A stretch of 64,000 nt of DNA. Origin: Clostridia bacterium. GTDB taxonomy: Bacteria; Bacillota; Clostridia; JAAYHZ01. The notes under the pieces were generated by a model. That model was not told the DNA's origin and made no database searches. It saw only the letters and a program-made list of their open reading frames with translations. The position numbers and the translations under genes are program-made. Location of the stretch: contig JBMNIH010000003.1 in NCBI GenBank assembly GCA_050950825.1, positions 96,001-160,000 on the forward strand, given 5' to 3'. Every line of letters begins with the position of its first letter. Position 1 is the first letter of the stretch. Below are positions 49,345 through 56,721 of this stretch, in pieces.

Positions 49345-51360
49345 CTATCGATAAGCATCCAAAACACAGTAGCCGTGCGCATACTCCGTTAACTTTTTTA
49401 CATCCAAAATGAAGCTTACGGTGCCGTCTCCAAGCAGCGTACAGCCGGAAAAGCCCTTGTCCTCCGCCGTCTTTTTGATGTACGCGGGAAGCCCTTTGAT
49501 GACCGCACGGGAACGCCCGGCCAACGTATCGGCATAAAGGGCCAAAAATCTTTTCTCGTCTTCCACAAGAATGATGAGACCGTGTTCCAAGACCTTTCGT
49601 TCCTTCCGAAGTCCGTAAAACTCGTCCAAGCGTACAAGGGGGAAGCACTTTCCTCTCAGAAGCAGCATTTCATCCCCGTTCGCGTCTTTGACGATGTCCG
49701 CATTTTTCGGATCGATAAATTCCTTGATGGAATAGGATGGCAGCGTAAAGGTCAAATCCGACGATTTGACATGGACCGAATCCAAAATATTCAGCATAAG
49801 AGGTATTTTCACGGTAAATTCGGTTCCTTCCCCAAGTGCGCTGTCGACCGACAGGGTTCCTCCTATGGATTGGATGGTTTTTTCCGCCGCGTCCATTCCC
49901 ACGCCGCGACCCGAATACTCCGTTACGCTGTCATTGGTGGAAAAGCCGGGAAGAAAAATATATTCGAAGACCTCCTTATCGGTCATGGTATCGGGATCCT
50001 TATGCAGCAAACCGTTTTTCTTTGCCTTTTCCAAGATCTTTTCTCTGTTCAGACCTCTGCCGTCATCTCTTACCGTAATAACCACGTAGTTGCCGGAATT
50101 CTTCGCTTCCAAAGTAACGGTTCCCGTTTCCGATTTCCCTGCATTCCTTCTCTCTTCGGAGGACTCCAGTCCGTGGTCGACGGCGTTTCGAACCAAATGC
50201 ATCAACGGCTCGGACAGACGATCGATAATGCTCTTGTCCACCTCCGTGTCCTCTCCCGCCGTAACCAATCGAACCTTCTTGTTCAATTTCTTGCTCATAT
50301 CACGAACAACCCGGTGCATTTTCATAAAGGTACCGAACAAGGGCACCATACGGATGCTCAAAACCGTTTCATGGATTTCTCCCAATGTTCTTTCCAACCG
50401 CTTTAGGGTTTTTTCCAGGTCGGAGGATTTTATCGCCGTAATTCCGGGGTCGTGAAGCACCGCCGATTGGGCGATGACCATTTCACCGACCAAGTCCATC
50501 AGGATATCCAATTTGGATACCTTCACGCTTACCATACCGTCCGATACGGCGCGAGCCTCATGAAGCGATTCCGCGGATTGCTCCTTTTTTTCTTCCTTTT
50601 CCTCTTTTTCTTCCTTGGCCGTTTTCTCTTTTCCCGTCTCTTGAAGGTCCAAGCCGGACATAAACATGGTTTTGTTCAAGTGCTCTCGAATTTTTTCCAT
50701 GCTTTCATCGGAAGCAAAGGTTACCGAAAAACCTTTTTCTTTGATAAGCTCTTTGCTTTTTTCGTGTTCAAGATCATTCGGTTCATAGGAGATGATGTCC
50801 CCGATTTCATACAAATCGCGGAGAACGGAAAGAGCCCGAACGTTTTCCATACCGCTGCCTTCTTCGAAGGCAATGACGGCTTTGTACTCCTTCTTGTCCG
50901 GCAATAAAGAGCGATTGACGGCTTTTAAAGAATCGAGAATTTTCTTGTTTTCCTCCGTCAATTTCGATGCTTCTCCGTCGGGAAGGAGACCTTTTTTGAT
51001 CTTTTCCGTTTCCCCTTTAATAAAGTCGAGTCCTTTTAAAAGAGGATCGGACAAAAAGGAATAATCCGTACGCTCCGTCCCTTCATCCCTTACGTACGAA
51101 ATCAAGTCCTCCAAGGAATGGGAAAGGGCGGTGACTTGGTCAAATCCCATCATGGCGGAGGAGCCTTTGATCGTATGAAGCACTCGAAACATTTCGTTAA
51201 TATCACTTTCCGTGATATGCGACGTTTCTTTTGCAATGATAATTTGCTCGAGCTGTTCCAACAGCTCCGATACCTCGTAAACGTATACTTCAAGCAATGA
51301 GTCTTTCGTATTCGAATCCAACACAGCATCACTCTCATCATTAAAATTAAATTTGGACAT
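49345..51360 (-). CDS. cheA: Chemotaxis histidine kinase CheA (P1-P2-P3-P4-P5)
   Basis: HTIKGSS; LMDLVGEMV; HLVRNAVDHG; DDGRG; PGFST...SGRGVGMD. True start is probably GTG/TTG at ~51324/51321 because a sigma28 -10 box abuts ATG 51360. Confidence 0.96.
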   Translation of the reverse strand: MSKFNFNDESDAVLDSNTKDSLLEVYVYEVSELLEQLEQIIIAKETSHITESDINEMFRVLHTIKGSSAMMGFDQVTALSHSLEDLISYVRDEGTERTDYSFLSDPLLKGLDFIKGETEKIKKGLLPDGEASKLTEENKKILDSLKAVNRSLLPDKKEYKAVIAFEEGSGMENVRALSVLRDLYEIGDIISYEPNDLEHEKSKELIKEKGFSVTFASDESMEKIREHLNKTMFMSGLDLQETGKEKTAKEEKEEKEEKKEQSAESLHEARAVSDGMVSVKVSKLDILMDLVGEMVIAQSAVLHDPGITAIKSSDLEKTLKRLERTLGEIHETVLSIRMVPLFGTFMKMHRVVRDMSKKLNKKVRLVTAGEDTEVDKSIIDRLSEPLMHLVRNAVDHGLESSEERRNAGKSETGTVTLEAKNSGNYVVITVRDDGRGLNREKILEKAKKNGLLHKDPDTMTDKEVFEYIFLPGFSTNDSVTEYSGRGVGMDAAEKTIQSIGGTLSVDSALGEGTEFTVKIPLMLNILDSVHVKSSDLTFTLPSYSIKEFIDPKNADIVKDANGDEMLLLRGKCFPLVRLDEFYGLRKERKVLEHGLIILVEDEKRFLALYADTLAGRSRAVIKGLPAYIKKTAEDKGFSGCTLLGDGTVSFILDVKKLTEYAHGYCVLDAYR

Positions 51361-51361
51361 T

Positions 51362-51388
51362 TTATCGTTTCGAAAAACGAAAACTTTA
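51362..51388 (-). promoter_or_regulatory. sigma28 promoter of cheA
   Basis: TAAA-GTTTTCGTTTTTCGA-AACGATAA. Confidence 0.8.
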
Positions 51389-51395
51389 TGAAGAA

Positions 51396-52166
51396 TTATA
51401 TTAATTCAAGAAAAATTTTTACGATTTCCGGGTCAAATTGGGTACCGGCATTCTTTTTGATTTCTTCCACGGCTTCTTCTTTTTTCATCGCTTTTCTGTA
51501 CACCCTGTCGCTTATCATGGCGTCATAGGCATCGGCAACGGCAATGATTCTCGAAGCCAAAGGAATTTGCTCTCCTTTTAATCCCAAAGGATATCCTTTA
51601 CCGTCCCATCGTTCGTGGTGGCACAGAATGTATTCGGCGATATGGGCGAACTCGGGATAGGCTTTTGCAAGACCGTATCCGATCTCCGAATGTTTTTGCA
51701 TAATCATCCATTCTTCCTTCGTCAGCTTTCCCGGCTTATTCAATATGCGCTCGCTGATACCGATTTTTCCGATATCATGGAGAATCGAAAGCAAAAACAA
51801 ATCGTGTAAGCTTTTTTTCGGCAGGTTCAGCTTGGCTCCGATACTTCGGGAAATCACCGCCATTCTTTCCGCATGCTCTTCGGTTTCTTGGCTTTTTTCA
51901 AACAAAAGGGTCATCAAGATATTCGCATTCGATTCCGTATGGCTTCTTCCCGTTTCGCATCCGTATGATAAATCGTTTTCGTTGACCCGAGTATTTTCTT
52001 CGCCGGCGGTATTCAAAATGACGTTATCATTCGCAACATTCCGAAAGGCTTTATCCGATTCCGATTTACAATCGGTTCTTTTTATTCTTTTGTGCCCGTT
52101 ACTATCAATGAATGCCATTATACATATCCAACTTGTTACTTGATAAATATAAATACTATCTTTCAT
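51396..52166 (-). CDS. HD-GYP c-di-GMP phosphodiesterase (paralog 1)
   Basis: HAERM; LHDIGK; HHERWDGKGYP; ADAYDAM. Start uncertain, possibly ATG 52118. Confidence 0.9.
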   Translation of the reverse strand: MKDSIYIYQVTSWICIMAFIDSNGHKRIKRTDCKSESDKAFRNVANDNVILNTAGEENTRVNENDLSYGCETGRSHTESNANILMTLLFEKSQETEEHAERMAVISRSIGAKLNLPKKSLHDLFLLSILHDIGKIGISERILNKPGKLTKEEWMIMQKHSEIGYGLAKAYPEFAHIAEYILCHHERWDGKGYPLGLKGEQIPLASRIIAVADAYDAMISDRVYRKAMKKEEAVEEIKKNAGTQFDPEIVKIFLELI

Positions 52167-52172
52167 ATGAAG

Positions 52173-52199
52173 GTATCGTGAAAAAGTTCGAAAACTTTA
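52173..52199 (-). promoter_or_regulatory. sigma28 promoter of HD-GYP 1
   Basis: TAAA-GTTTTCGAACTTTTT-CACGATAC. Confidence 0.7.
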
Positions 52200-52385
52200 G
52201 ACGAAAAAAAGAGTAAAAATCGATTTTCCTCGTTTTGTTGCGAAAGATATCATTTATTCTTTAATATTTTTATCCGGAACCGCAATTACGGCTTCATTTC
52301 CTTCGAATGGTATGTATAAGGGAAAATATTTGATTGACATCATCTTTTCTTCTGTATTTATACATTAACGAAAGGGAAAATAGAT

Positions 52386-52871
52386 ATGTTTGCACAAAGA
52401 TTGTACCAATTGAGAATGGAAAAGGGGCTTTCCATGAAAAAAGCAGGCGAGTCCGTCGGCGTTTCGGACTCCGCATGGAATAAATACGAGAAAGAAAAGT
52501 CGGAGCCCTCTCTCGATATTTTGGTCAAAATCGCGGATTTTTTCGACGTGTCTACGGATTATCTTTTGGGAAACACCCACATACGAAAGCCGAATTTTTC
52601 AAACGAATGTTTCTTGCCTTCCGTCCCCGGTTCGGAAGCCTTCACCGCCTCCATGCAGGAAACCCTTCGTCTTTACAAAAACGAAAGCATCGACCGCTAT
52701 ACCTTGTCAACGCTTCTGGGTTTATTGACCAATGTCATGAACGCTTTCAACCGTATGGCGAAACGGGAACAAGAAAACCGCAAAGAAACCGGCGGGTTTC
52801 AATTGTACCAAAATGCGATTATGGATCTGATGAACGATTACGGAAATTTATACGAATCCTTAAGAGAATAA
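52386..52871 (+). CDS. XRE family HTH regulator (paralog 2)
   Basis: LYQLRMEKGLSMKKAGESVGVSDSAWNKYEK...IADFFDVSTDYLLG; colinear with paralog 1 over its full length. Confidence 0.92.
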   Translation: MFAQRLYQLRMEKGLSMKKAGESVGVSDSAWNKYEKEKSEPSLDILVKIADFFDVSTDYLLGNTHIRKPNFSNECFLPSVPGSEAFTASMQETLRLYKNESIDRYTLSTLLGLLTNVMNAFNRMAKREQENRKETGGFQLYQNAIMDLMNDYGNLYESLRE

Positions 52872-52882
52872 AGCCTTTTTGC

Positions 52883-53605
52883 CTATATCAAGTCGACGAA
52901 AATCGTTACGATTTCTTTATCGAACTGGGTTCCGGCATTCCTTAACACTTCGTCGATAGCCTCTTCTTTTTTCAAGGCTTTTCTGTAAACTCGATCGCTG
53001 GTCATGGCGTCATAGGCGTCCACCACCGCAATGATTCGAGATGCCAATGGAATTTGCTCCCCTTTCAAACCGATGGGGTAGCCTTTCCCGTCCCACCTTT
53101 CATGGTGGTACAGAATGTATTCGGCAATATGAGAAAACTCGTTGTAGTATTGTGCCAAACGGTATCCGATCTCCGGATGTTTTTTCATAACGTTCCACTC
53201 TTGCTCCGTCAGCTTACCCGGTTTTTTGAGTATGCGGTCGCTGATTCCGATCTTCCCGATATCGTGGAGAGCGGAAAGGAGAGCCAAGGAATCTAAAAAA
53301 TCTTCGTTCAGGTTCATTTTGGCCCCGATATTCCTTGATATGACCGTCATTCTTTCCGCATGCTCTTTGGTCTCTTGGTCCTTTTGGTACAACAGAGCCT
53401 TTAAGAAATGCTCCGTTGAATTCTTGCAGTTGTAGGCCGCACCCGCTTCGTATCGAACGGTCGCTTCGTGAACACGAAGAATTTCTTCCTTTATGGAGTT
53501 GTAATCGATCTCTTCTTTCGATATATCCTTTAATATGTTTTGAAGCTCCGAAATCCCGGCGTCGACCGTGATGATCTTCCGCCTATTGCTTATATGAAAC
53601 GTCAT
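52883..53605 (-). CDS. HD-GYP c-di-GMP phosphodiesterase (paralog 2)
   Basis: HAERM; LHDIGK; HHERWDGKGYP; VDAYDAM. Confidence 0.9.
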   Translation of the reverse strand: MTFHISNRRKIITVDAGISELQNILKDISKEEIDYNSIKEEILRVHEATVRYEAGAAYNCKNSTEHFLKALLYQKDQETKEHAERMTVISRNIGAKMNLNEDFLDSLALLSALHDIGKIGISDRILKKPGKLTEQEWNVMKKHPEIGYRLAQYYNEFSHIAEYILYHHERWDGKGYPIGLKGEQIPLASRIIAVVDAYDAMTSDRVYRKALKKEEAIDEVLRNAGTQFDKEIVTIFVDLI

Positions 53606-53652
53606 GGTCCCCTACCCGGTTGGTCTTTCGCAAATACAATTTATTATATAAT

Positions 53653-53679
53653 GTATCGAACGAATAGACGAAATCTTTA
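53653..53679 (-). promoter_or_regulatory. sigma28 promoter of HD-GYP 2
   Basis: TAAA-GATTTCGTCTATTCG-TTCGATAC. Confidence 0.7.
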
Positions 53680-53728
53680 GACTAAAAGCAAAAAAAATTT
53701 ATTATCAATGAACAAAAAAAGAGGATAT

Positions 53729-54517
53729 CTATTTTTCCTCTTCATAGTAGTATTTGTTGCTGTAGTAGTACCGGTAATAGCTTCCGGACTTTTGATCGAT
53801 TTTGGTCAGTACCACGCCTAGAATTTTGGCACCTACGTTGACCAATGCTTTTTTAGCGTTCATCGCCGCTTGGATATCCGTTTCCCCGGATGCAACCACA
53901 AGCAGTACGCCGTCCGAAATCTTCCCTACCAAGGACGCATCGGACAGCTGCGCCGAAGGCGGCGTGTCAATGATGACCATATCAAAAAAATCCTTAATTT
54001 GGTTTATAAGCTCTTGGAATTTGCGAGAAGACAACAACTCGGTAGGATTCGGGGGTATAAATCCGGCCGTTATTATCGACAAGTTCTTAATTTCCGGTAT
54101 CATTTTGGTATAGTTAAGAAGGGGCCGTTCGTCCGCATCGATGCGGCTTAATGCATTGGTTAATCCGATATCGTTGTGAATTCCGAAATAGCGGTGAATT
54201 CTCGGTTTTCTCAAATCGCAATCCACAAGGAGAACGCTTTTTTCCGCTTGGGCCATGGCAATTGCAAAATTGCATGCCGTTGAGGTTTTTCCATCGTTAG
54301 GCTCGGGGCTTGTAAAAACAATGGTCTTTAACGAGCGGTCAATACCTGAAAAACTTACATTGGTCCTTAAAATGCGAAAAGCCTCCGCTGCGGGAGATTT
54401 CGGATCTTTATATGCTATCAAGTTTGCGCTAAAATCCCTGTATCGGGAGCCTTCTTTTGTACTGTCATGCGCCAAATCTTTTACAATCCTTTTATCTTTT
54501 TCCTTAAATTCCAACAT
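53729..54517 (-). CDS. CpsD/CapB family bacterial tyrosine kinase (cytoplasmic BY-kinase)
   Basis: PKSPAAEAFRILRTN; Walker A TSPEPNDGKT; A' LLVDCDLRKP; B IIDTPP; Tyr-rich tail YYRYYYSNKYYY. Confidence 0.93.
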   Translation of the reverse strand: MLEFKEKDKRIVKDLAHDSTKEGSRYRDFSANLIAYKDPKSPAAEAFRILRTNVSFSGIDRSLKTIVFTSPEPNDGKTSTACNFAIAMAQAEKSVLLVDCDLRKPRIHRYFGIHNDIGLTNALSRIDADERPLLNYTKMIPEIKNLSIITAGFIPPNPTELLSSRKFQELINQIKDFFDMVIIDTPPSAQLSDASLVGKISDGVLLVVASGETDIQAAMNAKKALVNVGAKILGVVLTKIDQKSGSYYRYYYSNKYYYEEEK

Positions 54518-54571
54518 ATTTCATACTTCTTCCGGACCTCACAATAATATTCATCATCTTCGGTCATTTTT

Positions 54572-54600
54572 ATAATACAACAAAAAAAACATCGGGACAA
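54572..54600 (-). promoter_or_regulatory. Putative sigmaA promoter of the BY-kinase gene
   Basis: TTGTCC-N17-TATTAT. Confidence 0.5.
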
Positions 54601-54704
54601 TACCGAAATAACAAAATATTGGTATTTACGTTCAGATTTTCTAATCCATCCTACCCGATTCCGACGCGATGCTACCCTACCGGCTGTGTCTCCACAGCCG
54701 GCAT

Positions 54705-54729
54705 AAAAAAGCCGTTAAAAATCGGCTTT
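54705..54729 (-). terminator. Intrinsic terminator overlapping the stop of the small ORF
   Basis: AAAGCCG-attttta-a-CGGCTTTTTT on the - strand. Confidence 0.65.
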
Positions 54730-54759
54730 AATAGGCGGGCGGCAACCGCAACAATCCAT
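54715..54759 (-). CDS. Putative 14-aa Cys-rich small peptide MDCCGCRPPIKADF
   Basis: RBS AGGTGA 4 nt before ATG; own upstream promoter and downstream terminator; below the ORF-track size cutoff. Confidence 0.4.
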   Translation of the reverse strand: MDCCGCRPPIKADF

Positions 54760-54784
54760 TCAGTCACCTAATATTTCTTTATAT

Positions 54785-54838
54785 GTGAGTAAATTTTCAC
54801 TCACCCCGTATCATACAGGAATCGACTTTTTGTGTCAA
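54785..54838 (-). promoter_or_regulatory. sigmaA promoter with a palindromic TetR-like operator at the start site
   Basis: TTGACA-N17-TATGAT (54838-54810); palindrome GTGAGTgAAAATTTACTCAC at 54785-54804. Confidence 0.75.
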
Positions 54839-54959
54839 TACATAATGTTTTTTTTCTTCCCGGAATAAAAAAAATATCGGATTTTTCATAATATTGAAAA
54901 TAAAGTGCAATAGGAAATTTCAGGAAACGTTATGATGACGACCTGCATTCTCGGACCGT

Positions 54960-55541
54960 TCAACACTTATCCAATACCTTCATTACGGCGGTTACAACGC
55001 TGTCCTTTAAAGAAAAGCGGTAACCGGATAATTTCCATCGAAGCATGCACCCTAAAAGGATTCCGTTGAGAATATTTAATAGCTCTTCAACGGAAAAGTC
55101 ACCGCCGATCTCCCCGGACATCTTGCCTTCTTGTATTAGATGCTCGACAAATTGCATCCTCTTGTTGGACATATCAAGAACGATAGGGGATGTATGAGGA
55201 TTGCATAAAAAGCCTTCCGTTTGGAGAAACACCCCCGCTAAGGGCGGGTAGCTGTCGTACATTCCTACAAAGGCTTCGATGTACAGTCGTATCTTCTCTT
55301 TGAAGGAGGCATCGATATTGATAATATTGCTCATAACATCCGTATCGGATCGGCATATGTAGTCCGCCACGCCGGCTAAGATATCATCTATGCCGGAAAA
55401 ATATTTGTACAGCAAAGACTCGGATATGTTTTGCTTTGCCGCTATTTTTTTGGTAGATAAGCCCTGCAAACCGTTTTCGTTGATCACGTCGATCGCCGCC
55501 AGCACAATGGCTTCTCTTCTGCAGGGGCATCCTTTTAACAT
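54960..55541 (-). CDS. TetR/AcrR family transcriptional regulator
   Basis: RREAIVLAAIDVINENG...STKKIAAKQNISESLLYKYF HTH. Confidence 0.92.
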   Translation of the reverse strand: MLKGCPCRREAIVLAAIDVINENGLQGLSTKKIAAKQNISESLLYKYFSGIDDILAGVADYICRSDTDVMSNIINIDASFKEKIRLYIEAFVGMYDSYPPLAGVFLQTEGFLCNPHTSPIVLDMSNKRMQFVEHLIQEGKMSGEIGGDFSVEELLNILNGILLGCMLRWKLSGYRFSLKDSVVTAVMKVLDKC

Positions 55542-55567
55542 GTTACTTACAACCCTTCTTCCGGATA

Positions 55568-56461
55568 TTAAACCATTTTTTCTCCTACTATTCGATTTCG
55601 ACCTTGGTCTTTCGCAATGTACAATTTCTCGTCAACGTTCTTGATCATTTCCTCTGCCGTCATATCGAGGTCCGATACCGTTAAAACGCCTAAGGATGCG
55701 GTCACACGAATGTCGGTTCCGGACAAAGCGATTCTTTCCACCGCGGAACGGATCCTTTCCGCGATATGGCATCCTTCTTCGTAATCGACCCGGTTTAGGC
55801 AAATCAAAAACTCGTCTCCTCCGTATCGTGAAGCCCAATCGGTATTGAGCCGTATATTGCTGCGAATGGCTTCTCCTACGGAACGCAGTACATGATCTCC
55901 CGTGAGATGGCCGTGTTTATCGTTGAAATCCTTGAACCCGTCGATATCCAAAAAGATAAGGGTCAAGGGGTAGGATTTGGTTTTCGATCTCAAGATATCC
56001 ACCGGTAAGCGGTCCTCCACGTACCGTCGGTTGTACAATCCGGTTAACGAATCCTTTATTACCAAATCGTTTAATTGGCAGATGGTGCTGTGGAGGGTTT
56101 CGCTGAGCTTTCCCTCCTCGGCAATAAACATGCTATCGGTAACGTCCTTCATGCACTCCACCACCACCGGCCTGTCCGAATTATCCACCGGAATGGTTGT
56201 GAGCATATAGATTCGATCCAAGCTGTTCTCCAGCTTGATGTAGCTTTGGTTTTCTCTATAGGAGCGAATCGATACGCAGTTGTCGCAGAAAACGCTTTTA
56301 TTCCAAAAAGCGTAGCAGGGTATAACCTCTTTGCGTAATTCTTCCCCCGAGTAGTAAAGAACCTTTTTTTCCAAAGGATCCACCAATCTCACTCTGTCGT
56401 ACATTTTGCTAAAGTAGGATAAGTATTCGATCAGCTTTTCTATGGAAACAGATTTCTCCAT
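55568..56461 (-). CDS. Diguanylate cyclase (PAS-like + GGDEF)
   Basis: RBS AGGAG before ATG 56461; DSLTGLYNRR; DIDGFKDFND..GH..GD; RYGGDEF; AK..GRN. Confidence 0.92.
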   Translation of the reverse strand: MEKSVSIEKLIEYLSYFSKMYDRVRLVDPLEKKVLYYSGEELRKEVIPCYAFWNKSVFCDNCVSIRSYRENQSYIKLENSLDRIYMLTTIPVDNSDRPVVVECMKDVTDSMFIAEEGKLSETLHSTICQLNDLVIKDSLTGLYNRRYVEDRLPVDILRSKTKSYPLTLIFLDIDGFKDFNDKHGHLTGDHVLRSVGEAIRSNIRLNTDWASRYGGDEFLICLNRVDYEEGCHIAERIRSAVERIALSGTDIRVTASLGVLTVSDLDMTAEEMIKNVDEKLYIAKDQGRNRIVGEKMV

Positions 56462-56622
56462 ACTATTTCTCCTAATATTATAAATTATTAAATAATTTTC
56501 GAGATTTTTCTTTCTTTTATTTCCGCTTTTTTCGAAACATAGACCGAATACATTATAGCATTGGGATATCTCGTTGAAAAGAGGAAAGAGGAGTTTATCA
56601 AAAAAGGGGAATGCAAACAAAT

Positions 56623-56657
56623 GGCTGCAGGTTCTTCTTTTTAAAAGACCTGCAGCC
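56623..56657 (-). terminator. Hairpin after the lyase gene
   Basis: GGCTGCAGGT-N15-ACCTGCAGCC. Confidence 0.65.
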
Positions 56658-56721
56658 CAAGGGTATGTACCGACAGGTAAGTTATTACTTTTGGCGTTGC
56701 CATATATTATATGTTCCCGAT

